From: a bacterium
Lineage (GTDB): Bacteria; UBA8248
Assembly: GCA_965207065.1 (NCBI GenBank)
Contig: OZ242260.1
Span: 256,001 to 320,000 of the forward strand
Reading direction: 5' to 3'
DNA length: 64,000 bases
In this document: piece after piece, positions 10,386-20,464 of the stretch
Position numbering within the stretch: the first letter of the stretch is position 1
Layout of the letters: every line of letters starts with the position of its first letter
Position numbers and translations under genes: made by a program
The notes under the pieces: generated by a model
The model's input: the letters and a program-made list of their open reading frames with translations, nothing else
What the model was told of the DNA's origin: nothing
Databases searched by the model: none

Positions 10386-11677
10386 CTCCCCTCTCCTCTC
10401 GTATTCCCGTTTGAAATCACGGGCATGATTTGTCCCGCCTGCCGAAGCACGATGACTTTCGAATCCGGTCCTCTCGTTTCCAATGCGGCATTGATTGCCG
10501 CCTCTATCGACTCGGCCCAGCCGAATCCCATTCGCTCCGCTTCCTCGTGACCGATATGAGGAGAAACCAATATCCCATTTACTCGTTTGGAGATAATTCT
10601 GCCGATGGCGACCAGCGTATAGGCCAGGAGTTTTTCACGAAATTCACCCGCCTCGACCTTGCGGTAAAGTGTGTCGGGGTCTTTGAACCCATAGCACTCA
10701 AAATGGGGGAATTGCGGAGAGATGCCCTCCCGGCATTCCGCGGCCAGGATGATCACTCCACCATCACGGCAGACGACGTCCGCCGCGCACACGGCCTTGA
10801 TGGCTTGTCGCAGATCGATGTCGGAGGGATAGGCTTCCGCAACGACGACTTCCGCCCTGGCAGGAACCGAAGCACCGTATAGCTTCAGGCATCTTTCACA
10901 GCCCGCCGCATGCGCCGCTTCCATGTCTCCCGCAACGGCGTCAAAGATCCTTTCCTCATCCATCATGATCGTGTTGACGATGAAGCGCAGCCCGGCTCGC
11001 CGAGCGATGCGAACGAACGCTTCCCTCACCTTGTTGTCGAAAATGCCGAGAATTTCGCTCATCTCGTAATCCAGAGCTGCCCAATGGGTCGCCTCTATCG
11101 TGGCCTCGCCGCAAATACCTGGCATCACGCTTTTTGCCCCGCCGGAAAACCCCGCCGTCGCATGGGGGATGATGCTGCCGACGGATATGAGGAGATCCGC
11201 CTTCAGGATTTCCCTGTTCATCAGCACTTCGAAGCCTAACTTGCTCTTTCCCAAAGAAGTCAGCTTTGTGGGGTTTTTCCATTCGTGGTTGAGAATCTCG
11301 AATCGAGCGACCAGATCGTCACCGAACTTGCGCCTTATCTCCTCATCCATCATGGCGCGGTGTGTGCCCAAGCCAATCAGAATACGTACCGAGGAATCAG
11401 AGATGCCCGCCTCGGCGAGTTCCTCCAGGACAATGGGGACCACGCGGTGAAGCGGCGTATGGCGCGTATTGTCGTCGGTGACGATCAGCACCTTCTCCGC
11501 GCCTTTCGAAATCTCCCGGAGAGGGGGAGAGCCGATCGGGTTTCGAATCCGCTCCCTGAGAGCTTCATCGTCAAGACCTATACCTTCAGGCAGGGAGGGG
11601 CCATAGACGCCCATCAACCGCCCATCTCCGACTTCGAAGTCTCCGAACAAATCGTTCGTCAAGGATATTCTGGCCAT
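10382..11677 (-). CDS. larA: Nickel-pincer-dependent lactate racemase/alpha-hydroxyacid epimerase family protein
   Basis: DDNTR, GLGTHR, LNH, PHATAGFSGGAKSVMPG, ATH and QAIKA motifs match LarA catalytic and NPN-binding residues. Substrate unknown. Confidence 0.85.
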   Translation of the reverse strand: MARISLTNDLFGDFEVGDGRLMGVYGPSLPEGIGLDDEALRERIRNPIGSPPLREISKGAEKVLIVTDDNTRHTPLHRVVPIVLEELAEAGISDSSVRILIGLGTHRAMMDEEIRRKFGDDLVARFEILNHEWKNPTKLTSLGKSKLGFEVLMNREILKADLLISVGSIIPHATAGFSGGAKSVMPGICGEATIEATHWAALDYEMSEILGIFDNKVREAFVRIARRAGLRFIVNTIMMDEERIFDAVAGDMEAAHAAGCERCLKLYGASVPARAEVVVAEAYPSDIDLRQAIKAVCAADVVCRDGGVIILAAECREGISPQFPHFECYGFKDPDTLYRKVEAGEFREKLLAYTLVAIGRIISKRVNGILVSPHIGHEEAERMGFGWAESIEAAINAALETRGPDSKVIVLRQAGQIMPVISNGNTRGEGR

Positions 11678-13563
11678 CAGCTCGTCTCCGCCTCATCGTT
11701 TTTCCACAAATCGGAACCGGGGGATGAGAAAATATCCACCCATTCCGCACGCCAATTCTTGCTCCTCCTGTAGTAGCGATGCGTAAACTCGGCGACGGCT
11801 TCTAGCGTTTGGCCGTCCTCCCACCACGAATCGACGTCGGGCCAGATGGCGTTCAGGTGTCTCGCCGCACTCTCGCCGGAGGAATGATGAACGCTCACGC
11901 TTGAGAGTTTATTGAAGTAGGGCTTCGAATAATGTGAAATCCGCCAGGCGTTTTGATGGCCAAAGAAGAGGGTCGGAATGCCCGCCGCCATCGTGAAGGC
12001 CGCCGTCGTCCCCGGGCGATCGAGTACGCAAACCCCGCACCTCGACAGAGCGGGCGAGAGACGACTCGGCATGTATCTCACCAGTTTTCCGCGAAGGATA
12101 TTTATGTCTGGATATCGCGTTTTGATGTAGGCTTCGTCATAACGGTTGTTTCTCCTGCGCATGTACGGCCTGTACCACAAGGCGGAACGGGGCGCGTCGT
12201 CCAGGTGTTCGATAAAACTCGCCTTCTCCCGCATATAGCGCGGTATGTCTTCGGGCAGGCAGTCCGCCGCCAGCCATTTGAGATGGGCAGTGAGTTCGGA
12301 GGTGACCAGAACGATAGTTGAGCCGCGCTTCTTGTTCCGCCTCATTTTCGAAAGAAACGGAGACGCCGCCGGCAGGGCGCTTACCCGATAATCGGATTGA
12401 CGACTCCACCCCCACGATATGAACCGATCGGCTGTCTCATATTCCGTGAGATGATGCCAGGGTGCCGATTTGATGATGCCGTAGTTTCCTCCGTGCTGAT
12501 TGATGACCAGCCTGACAGGACGTTTTTCGATCAGAGCGGCTACGTAAAAATTCGACTGATCGTCATTGCCCAGATGGCCGTAGGCGATTGTGTCCGTCCA
12601 GGGCGCCGTCGCCTTTACCTTCAACAGGGCTTTTTTCTCGTTTTCAAAATAATGCTCCGTGAATACCCTCGGCATCGTCTCCGAAACGAGTGCATCCAGA
12701 ACGCTCAGGAAAACTTCGGCTTCCCCGGCGGCGATGTGTCGTATCGATTGGATTTCTCCGGCCACATCTTCCCTGGTGAGGTGCGCACTTCCCGCTTCAG
12801 GCGTCTTTTGAAACGATCCGGCAGCCTCCCTCCAACGCCTTCTGTTTCGAAACAGCATGCGTAATGATATGTAGGCGGCATCCAGCGGACTCAAACCATG
12901 CACTTTATGGAACTGCACGAAGCCTAAGTTTGAGGACAAAATGCTCGCCCAGCGATACAACTCCATTTTTCTCTGCACTTTTTTGAAAACGGTATAGTTT
13001 TCCGTTGGTTGCTTACCCGGGAGGTGGTCTGAGTAGAAATACAAATCTTCCGGGGCCGGCGCGCCCTCTCGCATTACCCAGCCCCGGGGCTGAAATACGC
13101 GGATAAACCTGCTGAAAATCAGACGGTTCAGCGGATCATCGATCATCATCTGGTTGAAATGATGCGTCGTGATGGATGATAGAGTCTCATCGCGCGGCGC
13201 GAGATATACCAGATGCGGAACTCCGCTCTTGATACGAATCCTGATGCGCAAGAATCGCTCGAATGCGCACATGACCAGATTGACCAGCCAAGGCATCAAC
13301 AATATGCGCCAGTAGCGATTCGAATAAGAACGCCCGTGCCTTTCATTTTGTCGGATGTTTAGCCCAGCAAGATAGAATTCACAAACCTTCTCCAGTCTTC
13401 TGGAGACGAAGTGAACCTCCTCGCCTCGGAGTGGAGGCTCGATTCCATACTTCTTCCACTCCCACTCGAAAAACTGAGCCTCAGGGAGCGACCAGGGACC
13501 CAGATGCTCGGCCTGTCGTTCATCCAGGACGGGATCGATTCTTGTCAGAATAAGTTGATTCAT
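11677..13563 (-). CDS. Putative polysaccharide transferase, LIC12162-like family
   Basis: HLGPW, LN....RHGRSYSNRYWRILLMPWL, NQHGGNYG, FISWGW, YRPY and W.DVDSWW motifs as I recall them for this family. Start at ATG 13563 because the longer ORF overlaps the tRNA. Confidence 0.7.
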   Translation of the reverse strand: MNQLILTRIDPVLDERQAEHLGPWSLPEAQFFEWEWKKYGIEPPLRGEEVHFVSRRLEKVCEFYLAGLNIRQNERHGRSYSNRYWRILLMPWLVNLVMCAFERFLRIRIRIKSGVPHLVYLAPRDETLSSITTHHFNQMMIDDPLNRLIFSRFIRVFQPRGWVMREGAPAPEDLYFYSDHLPGKQPTENYTVFKKVQRKMELYRWASILSSNLGFVQFHKVHGLSPLDAAYISLRMLFRNRRRWREAAGSFQKTPEAGSAHLTREDVAGEIQSIRHIAAGEAEVFLSVLDALVSETMPRVFTEHYFENEKKALLKVKATAPWTDTIAYGHLGNDDQSNFYVAALIEKRPVRLVINQHGGNYGIIKSAPWHHLTEYETADRFISWGWSRQSDYRVSALPAASPFLSKMRRNKKRGSTIVLVTSELTAHLKWLAADCLPEDIPRYMREKASFIEHLDDAPRSALWYRPYMRRRNNRYDEAYIKTRYPDINILRGKLVRYMPSRLSPALSRCGVCVLDRPGTTAAFTMAAGIPTLFFGHQNAWRISHYSKPYFNKLSSVSVHHSSGESAARHLNAIWPDVDSWWEDGQTLEAVAEFTHRYYRRSKNWRAEWVDIFSSPGSDLWKNDEAETS

Positions 13564-13707
13564 GCGTCGGGCGCTTTTCTCACGCCTCACCGCATATGCA
13601 TGAGGCGTGAATGGAGTAACGGCACTGATGGCCGTCCCCCCAAGGCGCGCGTTGTTACACCCTCGCGCCGCTCGACTTGACGGGAAAGAAATCTCGATAT
13701 TCAGGCT

Positions 13708-13785
13708 TGGCGTCCCCAAGGGGATTCGAACCCCTGTTGCCGGCGTGAAAGGCCGGTGTCCTGGGCCAGGCTAGACGATGGGGAC
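13708..13785 (-). tRNA. tRNA-Glu (anticodon TTC)
   Basis: GTCCCCATCGTCTAGCCTGGCCCAGGACACCGGCCTTTCACGCCGGCAACAGGGGTTCGAATCCCCTTGGGGACGCCA: cloverleaf, anticodon arm CCGGC-CTTTCAC-GCCGG, T-loop GTTCGAATC, encoded CCA. Confidence 0.97.
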
Positions 13786-13881
13786 AAGCAAAATCCATGA
13801 TGGCCGATAGGGATATCCCGAACCATCAAGGGGTCGATTTATACTGGTTTTCGCGCCGGAAGTCCATCCTGTTCCACTGTT

Positions 13882-14751
13882 TCAAACGCGCAAGACAACG
13901 AGTATCACCCCGCTCACGGTGAGCGTCGCTCCCGCGGGTACGCGCCATGTGATGAATTCGGCTTTCCTGAGAAAGATCACACTGAATAGCACGGTAAACA
14001 AAGGGCTGATCTGAACGAGCGGCACCACCCTGAAAACCTCGCTCAACTGCAAAGAGGAGGTGAAAAGAAAAATTCCCATTCCCGCCGCGACCCCACCCAG
14101 CAGATACGGCCAAAACGCTTGCTTCACGTCACCTGCCTCCTCTTCACGCAAGGCGTAACAGGTGTATGCGCCCACCAGGACGAGAGCGGCGGAGGCGCCT
14201 ACCATCGCGGCGGGAAGGGCGCTCGGGAAAGCAACCAAGCCCTTTTTCCAGGACATGGCTCCAAACCCCGATATGATTGCCGCAATCAGGGGCCACCGGG
14301 CGTCCCAGCGGCTCCAGCGTCCTTCCGTCTTTCCCGAAACGAGCAACACGATGCCGCCTACGACGAACAAAACACCCACCAGATGATACCAGGCCGGATC
14401 CTCACCCAGAAAAATGAGCGCGAAAAGAGCTGCGAATATAGGGGACATCCCCTTTATCGGCGCCGCTCGCGCTACGCCGATCCGGTGGATGCCGATCAGG
14501 AAAAAGATAAGGAAAAGACCCGGGTTGCACAGGCCGCCTATCATCACCCACAAATAGTGCGCGCCCATTTCCGGAAACGAGGGACTCAAGAGGAAAACCA
14601 ACGGGACGAAGAAGAGCAACTCCCCCACCAGTGTGATGGTGGCGCCCACGAAATGGTTGGCGTACTGCAAGCCTTTGCGCGCGAAGATATCCGCACAGGT
14701 GAAAGACAGCGCCGCGCTCAGAGCGAGAAAAACAAACGGCTCGATCAGCAA
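13882..14751 (-). CDS. DMT/EamA family transporter
   Basis: About 10 TM helices in two repeats, with GVARAAPI..SPIFA and LGE motifs. Confidence 0.85.
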   Translation of the reverse strand: MLIEPFVFLALSAALSFTCADIFARKGLQYANHFVGATITLVGELLFFVPLVFLLSPSFPEMGAHYLWVMIGGLCNPGLFLIFFLIGIHRIGVARAAPIKGMSPIFAALFALIFLGEDPAWYHLVGVLFVVGGIVLLVSGKTEGRWSRWDARWPLIAAIISGFGAMSWKKGLVAFPSALPAAMVGASAALVLVGAYTCYALREEEAGDVKQAFWPYLLGGVAAGMGIFLFTSSLQLSEVFRVVPLVQISPLFTVLFSVIFLRKAEFITWRVPAGATLTVSGVILVVLRV

Positions 14752-14817
14752 GTCGGAATTCTCCGAGCGAAAATTGAGGGCCTCAAAGATATCCTCCCTC
14801 GGAGGAGTCCGGAAAAT

Positions 14818-16038
14818 CTAGGCGAGGTATTTCTCGGAATTTCCCAGGAACTCGACCACAGCTTGAGCGAAGACGCTCACGCCGACTGGCATCGCGTCCT
14901 CATCCAGGTCGAACAGATCGGAATGGAGCCCGTGCACGAATCCTTTTTCCGGGTTCGATATACCCACGCGGAACATCGCGCCGGGCCGTTTCTCCGCCAT
15001 GTAGGAGAAATCCTCGGCTCCCATCGAAATCGGCATTTCCTCTACGCTCTGAGCGCCGAGAACCTGCCCACCCGCACATTCAACGAGTGCAGTGGCCGCC
15101 TCGTGGTTCACCAGAACAGGATATCCAGGCGTGATTTCCAGGTCGATCTCCACATCGAAGGCTTCCGCCACCCCGCGCGATACCGCCCGCACGCGATCGG
15201 CCACCTTCGCCCTGACCTTCGGATCGTGCGTGCGGATAGTGCCTTTTATCCTCGCATCGCGCGGCACGATGTTGAAAGCAACGCCGGACTCGAACGTCGT
15301 TATGGAGAGAACGGCGGACTCGAGAGGGCCGACGTTTCTGCTCACGATGCTTTGGAGCGCAGTCACCAGATGGCAGGCGGCCAGGAGGGCGTCTTTGGAT
15401 TTATGAGGATACGCCGCGTGCGAACTTTCGCCTCTCACGTAAATCTCGAGTCTGTCCCCCGCCGCCAGCGAAGGCCCCGAACGCGTGCCGATACAACCCG
15501 CCGGCATGTCGGGCCACACGTGCGCGGCGATGAGAAGATCCACACGCGGTTCCTCCAGAACGCCTTCTTCCACCATTCTCTTGCCGCCGGCTTTGCCCTC
15601 CTCCGCCGGCTGAAAGATAAATTTGACGTTCCCACCCAGACCATCGAGCAAGTTTTTATTCTCGGAAAGCAGGCGCGCAGCGCCCAGCAGCATGCTCACA
15701 TGGGCGTCATGACCACAGGCGTGCATCTTCCCCGGCTGGCGGCTCTTGTAGGGCACGTCGTTGGACTCGTCGATGGAGAGCGCGTCCATGTCGGCGCGAA
15801 TACCGATTGTGGGGCCGGGGCGTCCTGTTTCGAGCAGGCCGACCACCCCGGTTTCCGCTATGCCTGCGTGCACGTCGAGTCCGAAACTCTCGAGGTTCTC
15901 CACGATGAGGCGAGAAGTTTCATGCTCCTCGTAACCGAGTTCGGGATTCATATGTATGGTGCGTCTGGTCTCGGAAAGCCATGGCAGCAGGGTCTGAGAG
16001 GCATCTCTTATCGTTTGTGACCTGTCATTAGACTTCAT
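14818..16038 (-). CDS. M20 family amidohydrolase (HipO/YxeP-like)
   Basis: HMNPELGYEE, RADMDAL, MHACGHD, FQPAEE, AEDF and LHS motifs. Confidence 0.92.
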   Translation of the reverse strand: MKSNDRSQTIRDASQTLLPWLSETRRTIHMNPELGYEEHETSRLIVENLESFGLDVHAGIAETGVVGLLETGRPGPTIGIRADMDALSIDESNDVPYKSRQPGKMHACGHDAHVSMLLGAARLLSENKNLLDGLGGNVKFIFQPAEEGKAGGKRMVEEGVLEEPRVDLLIAAHVWPDMPAGCIGTRSGPSLAAGDRLEIYVRGESSHAAYPHKSKDALLAACHLVTALQSIVSRNVGPLESAVLSITTFESGVAFNIVPRDARIKGTIRTHDPKVRAKVADRVRAVSRGVAEAFDVEIDLEITPGYPVLVNHEAATALVECAGGQVLGAQSVEEMPISMGAEDFSYMAEKRPGAMFRVGISNPEKGFVHGLHSDLFDLDEDAMPVGVSVFAQAVVEFLGNSEKYLA

Positions 16039-16215
16039 GGGCTCTATTCCTCATCTCGCCCAGGCGTCCTGAACGAATCCTTACCAGTAAAGCTCGGGAG
16101 GCATTTGGAAAATGTGTTCAATCAAAGGTAGATATCATAACCAAAGGAGATAAACCATTCAGTCAGCCAGTTCTCGGCTTCTCAATGTATGGATGTGACA
16201 CCTTATTTCCAGTAC

Positions 16216-17892
16216 TCAAAAATCATCCCCCGAGAATTCAGGCCGCTCCCGTAATATCGCCTTGATGTCCTCTCGCTTGTGTTTGCGCGTGGTGGTTCTG
16301 GGCAACTCCTCCTCGGGCCAGAGGAAAAAACCGGCCACTCTCTTGTAATCCGCAAGGTGCGCGCTCAGGCGCTTGAGTTCCGTATCTGCCAGAGTCGTTC
16401 GCTCTTCGTCTTCTTGCGGCAAATCGGTTTCGGGGTCGAGCACCACGACGGCGAACACCTCCTCGCCACCGCGAGGCGTTTTCCTGCCGATGACGCATAC
16501 ATCCTGGAACCATGCACTCTCGAGAAGCTGCTCCTCTACCTCTTCGGGATAAATGTTTTTGCCCGCCTCGGAGACGATGACGTTCTTGGACCGGCCGCAT
16601 ATCGTGAGATAGCCGTCCGAGTCGATACGGCCGATGTCTCCGGTATGAAACCATCCATCCCGCAAGACCTCCGCCGTGAGATCGGGATTCTCGAAATAGC
16701 CCTGCATCACGTTTGGACCCCGTATCAGTATTTCACCCTCTCCCTCGTCCGCACCCTCTACAGGTACGAGCCTCGCTTCCACCCCCGGAATCGGCGGGCC
16801 GACGGTTCCGATTCTATTTTGCGCTCCCGGCGGAGTCGCATGGGCGACGGGAGAGGTTTCCGTCAAGCCATATCCCTGGACCACCTCGATTCCCAGGATG
16901 AGCAAATCTCGAGCGATTTTGGGGTCGAGCGCGGCCCCTCCGCTAGCGAAATAGCGCAGATTCGGACCAAGATTCTTCTTCACCTGGGAAAACAGCAGAT
17001 GACCGACGCGAATACCCATCGACAGGCATATCCTGGAAATCCCGAAAAGAGTCTTGAAGACGAGTTTTTTCGCTCCGCTCAGTGATTCCACGTTCGACAT
17101 GATCCGCTTGTGGATGAGCCGCGCAAGCGCTGGCACCATCAGGCAGATGGTAATGCCCTCGTTTTGCATGGCCTCGACGAGGAGCCGCGGGTTCAGGGAA
17201 GAAAGGTAATGCACGCGGGCGCCCGCCCCCAGCGGTATCAGGAAACCGCCCGTACTCTCGAACATGTGGTGAAGCGGCAGAACCGAGAGAAAAACGTCAC
17301 CCTCCCTGGCGAGGAATGTCTGGAGAACTGCGCGCACATTGGAAGTGATGTTCCCATGAGAGAGCATCACGCCCTTGGGTGTACCCGTCGTCCCCGATGA
17401 AAACGACACCAGCGCTAGATCGTCCAGACCGCGCTCCGCACCCGGCAGTGCATCCAGCGATACAGCGGAGTCAGGCTCTCTCTCCTCATCGATGCGCAAT
17501 ACTGCGCAGGTCGATTCGAGACCGACCGCAAGCGCTTCGGCACGTTCCTCTTCACGGGAATCCGTCACAAGGCAAACGGGCTTGGCTTTTTCCATAATGT
17601 TCGCGAGTTCACCCTCTTTCAAATTCACGTCCAGAGGCACGAGAACGCCGCCGGCGAGCAGCGCCCCGAAATATCCCACCCCCCATTCGGGTTGATTCGG
17701 CGCCAGCTGTGCGACAAAATCTCCCGGCTTCACGCCCGCATCTATCAACTCGCTCGCCAGGGCGGCTGCTTTTCCGCACAACTCCTTTCTGGTGAGCGTC
17801 ACTCGGCCGCGTCCTTCTACGTCTCCTTCCAAGGCGATCGAATCGGGAAATTTCGCAGTTGTCTCTTTCAGGAGATCGATCAAGGTATCCAT
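16216..17892 (-). CDS. AMP-binding long-chain acyl-CoA synthetase
   Basis: SSGTTGTPKGVMLSH, QGYGLTET, GWFHTGDIG and GRSKNVIV motifs. Confidence 0.88.
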   Translation of the reverse strand: MDTLIDLLKETTAKFPDSIALEGDVEGRGRVTLTRKELCGKAAALASELIDAGVKPGDFVAQLAPNQPEWGVGYFGALLAGGVLVPLDVNLKEGELANIMEKAKPVCLVTDSREEERAEALAVGLESTCAVLRIDEEREPDSAVSLDALPGAERGLDDLALVSFSSGTTGTPKGVMLSHGNITSNVRAVLQTFLAREGDVFLSVLPLHHMFESTGGFLIPLGAGARVHYLSSLNPRLLVEAMQNEGITICLMVPALARLIHKRIMSNVESLSGAKKLVFKTLFGISRICLSMGIRVGHLLFSQVKKNLGPNLRYFASGGAALDPKIARDLLILGIEVVQGYGLTETSPVAHATPPGAQNRIGTVGPPIPGVEARLVPVEGADEGEGEILIRGPNVMQGYFENPDLTAEVLRDGWFHTGDIGRIDSDGYLTICGRSKNVIVSEAGKNIYPEEVEEQLLESAWFQDVCVIGRKTPRGGEEVFAVVVLDPETDLPQEDEERTTLADTELKRLSAHLADYKRVAGFFLWPEEELPRTTTRKHKREDIKAILRERPEFSGDDF

Positions 17893-17978
17893 ATCAGTTC
17901 CTCCTGCTTCTGCCTGATCGAAAACATCCGGCAGGCAGACCGAGGGTTATCTCCACTCGACTCTATCGAGCGTTCCAG

Positions 17979-18770
17979 CTAGATCAGCCGCTTTCTGACC
18001 TGCCATGCAGCGAATTCACCCGCGAAAACCAGGGCGATGATCGCCAGCACCAGCACGCCTGATTTTTGCCACTGAAACTGCTTCACGTACAAGAACACGT
18101 AAAACCCCAAGCCCCCCGCCCCGACAAGACCCAGAATCGTGGAATCGCGCAGATTCATCTCGAAACGTATGGCCAGATGTGCAACCATCTGCGGCAATAC
18201 CTGGGGAATGAGGCCGTGTTGAATGATCTGGAGAGAAGATGCGCCCGTGCCCTGCAATGCGAGTAAGGGTTTCGGGTCGGTCGCCTCGATTTCCTCCGCC
18301 ACGAACCGCCCGAGCACGCCGACGGAGTGCACCGCCAGCGCCAATACCCCCGGAAATGGGCCGAGCCCCACGGCGGAGACGAACAACAATGCGAGCAACA
18401 GTAAGGGGATGGAACGGACGAACGCCATGAACGCCTTGATGGGCAGATGCACCCAGACCGGCGTCCAGTTCGACGCCGCGAGCACGCCCAGCGGATAGGC
18501 GAACAAAGCACCCAGAAAAGTACCCGCAATGGTGGTTTGCAGCGTTTCGACAGCCGAGGTCAGTAAAACATCCCAGACCGACCAATCCGGCGGCGTCATC
18601 CGGCCAAAGAAGTGAAACAGTTGTGGAATCCCGCGCCAGAATTGCCCGGGTGAAAACTCAGAACCCTGAAAAGACCAGAATAAGAGTGCGCTAACTGCCA
18701 GGAAGAGGCTGACCTTGCCAGCCATACGGCCAGGTAAAAGCGCTTCTGCTTGCTCTCGTTCCGTTCCCAT
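17979..18770 (-). CDS. phnE: PhnE/PtxC-family ABC permease
   Basis: PPD, VRSIP, VGLGPFPGVLAL and FEMNLRDSTILGLVGAGGLG motifs. Family call only; substrate uncertain. Confidence 0.85.
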   Translation of the reverse strand: MGTEREQAEALLPGRMAGKVSLFLAVSALLFWSFQGSEFSPGQFWRGIPQLFHFFGRMTPPDWSVWDVLLTSAVETLQTTIAGTFLGALFAYPLGVLAASNWTPVWVHLPIKAFMAFVRSIPLLLLALLFVSAVGLGPFPGVLALAVHSVGVLGRFVAEEIEATDPKPLLALQGTGASSLQIIQHGLIPQVLPQMVAHLAIRFEMNLRDSTILGLVGAGGLGFYVFLYVKQFQWQKSGVLVLAIIALVFAGEFAAWQVRKRLI

Positions 18771-19536
18771 TCACGACTCCGTTTGTTCCCATGAACTCGT
18801 AGATTTCACATATCCTATCATTCGAGAGTGAATCCGAAGAACCATCCCACATGATTTTTCCGTTTTTCATCGCCAGGATTCTATCTGCATACTTTCGCGC
18901 AATTTCGGGGAGGTGGAGACTCATCATGAGCGTGAGTTCGTAGGCGTCGCAAACCGACACGAGGAGATCCATGATGTCCTCGGACAATGCGGGGTCCAGG
19001 CTCGATACAGGTTCATCAGCGAGCAGAATTGTCGGCTCCTGCGCCAATGCCCGGGCGATGGCGACGCGCTGCTGTTCCCCGCCGGAGAGCGTGCGGGCGA
19101 AGCGGCGTTGCTTGTCATCGAGATGCACCTCCTGAATTGCCTGTGCGCAGATTTGCAAATCGCGCTGCGAGCAGATTCCCAACATGCTTTTCACTAACGA
19201 CACATAACCGAGCCTTCCGTGGTAGACGTTTTGCCAGACGGTTTCCCGGCCTATCAGGTCGAAATGCTGATGAATCATACCGATATGGCGATGATGGGTT
19301 TTCATCTTTTTGGGATCCTTGATCGGGAAAACATCCCCCATCACGACCACCTTCCCCTTCTGGCAAGGCACATAGCCCTTCAGCATCCGCATGAGGGTCG
19401 TCTTGCCGGAACCACTGTTGCCGACAATAGCCACTCTCTCCCCACGAGAGACCTCGAGTTGATCGACGGAAAGAATCGTCCGCCCCTCCATCTCCACACG
19501 CGCATTTTCGATTTGGATGACCATTTCTTTCGACAT
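18691..19536 (-). CDS. phnC: PhnC-family ABC ATPase
   Basis: [34 protein letters not shown] and SLH motifs. Confidence 0.88.
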   Translation of the reverse strand: MSKEMVIQIENARVEMEGRTILSVDQLEVSRGERVAIVGNSGSGKTTLMRMLKGYVPCQKGKVVVMGDVFPIKDPKKMKTHHRHIGMIHQHFDLIGRETVWQNVYHGRLGYVSLVKSMLGICSQRDLQICAQAIQEVHLDDKQRRFARTLSGGEQQRVAIARALAQEPTILLADEPVSSLDPALSEDIMDLLVSVCDAYELTLMMSLHLPEIARKYADRILAMKNGKIMWDGSSDSLSNDRICEIYEFMGTNGVVNGNGTRASRSAFTWPYGWQGQPLPGS

Positions 19537-19540
19537 TTTC

Positions 19541-20464
19541 CTATTCCTTCAAAAAACCATACTTTCGGGCCATATCGGCCACCGGCTTATATCGGTTGTG
19601 GTTGACCCTCACGTAACCATCCGTTCCGTAAAGAGCCCGTATCAAGCTACGATTCGCAGGCCGGTTCATCTTCATCATCGCCGCGATGAATTTTCGCCTG
19701 ATTTCAGGCTCCAACCCTTTGCGCACCACTACGTTGTGGCTGGGAATTCTGGCCGATTGCGCGATGGCGACAACTTGATCGCGCTGATCGGGACGAAGGA
19801 GATTGAGCGCATATTGGCTTACTCCGGCGGCGTTGACGAAACCACCAACCACTGAGTTGACCGCCTGCTGATCCCCGCCTGCGAAATAAACTCTTCGGAA
19901 AAACTTGCCCTCAGGCTTTTCCACTCCCCCGTTTACAAGACCGGCACGAACAAAAATGTCTTGAGGGTACATAAAACCCGAACTCGAAATGGGGTCGACA
20001 TAGGCGATAGTCCTACCCTTCAGATCGGAGATCTTCTTGATGCCGCTGTCCTTGCGAACGAAAATCCTCGAATAGTAGTAAGGTTTTCCGTCGTATATCT
20101 CCCCAAGAACCGCCTCGACTCCCGAATACTTGTTCGCCAGGACATAAGGTAGCGGAGACATAAAGCTCACATCGGCATTTTTCGAAATCATGGCCTCTAC
20201 GGCGGCCGAGTAATTCAAGGTGATGAAATAGCGGACCTTGCGCCCCATCTCTTTTTCCAGAAAATTCATCGCCGGTTTCACGTTGTTGATGAGTTTCTCG
20301 GGATTCTCGAGCGGAATGAACGCAACCCGAAGCTCCCTTTCGGCCGCGCGAACGGGAACCGGAGCGAACAAGAACGTGGAGAAAACGAGGAGAATCGCCA
20401 CTGGCAGAAACAACCCCGGCGCTTTTGTCGATAATACTCGGATGAAACGCATGACTCTGCTCAT
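19541..20464 (-). CDS. phnD: PhnD/PtxB-family ABC substrate-binding protein (atypical)
   Basis: Signal peptide, then NYSAAVEAM, YYYSRIFVRKDSGI..ISDLKG and DPISSSGFMYP. ATG overlaps the upstream TGA. Confidence 0.82.
   Translation of the reverse strand: MSRVMRFIRVLSTKAPGLFLPVAILLVFSTFLFAPVPVRAAERELRVAFIPLENPEKLINNVKPAMNFLEKEMGRKVRYFITLNYSAAVEAMISKNADVSFMSPLPYVLANKYSGVEAVLGEIYDGKPYYYSRIFVRKDSGIKKISDLKGRTIAYVDPISSSGFMYPQDIFVRAGLVNGGVEKPEGKFFRRVYFAGGDQQAVNSVVGGFVNAAGVSQYALNLLRPDQRDQVVAIAQSARIPSHNVVVRKGLEPEIRRKFIAAMMKMNRPANRSLIRALYGTDGYVRVNHNRYKPVADMARKYGFLKE

Noticed and set aside
13564-13719. N-terminal extension of the LIC12162-like ORF
   Set aside because: Runs into the tRNA-Glu 3' end.
14119-16020. 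Long plus-strand ORF (633 aa); likewise 37363-39207, 47170-49392, 60214-61656 and 5419-6594
   Set aside because: Antisense shadows of well-supported genes in GC-rich DNA, with no recognisable motifs.
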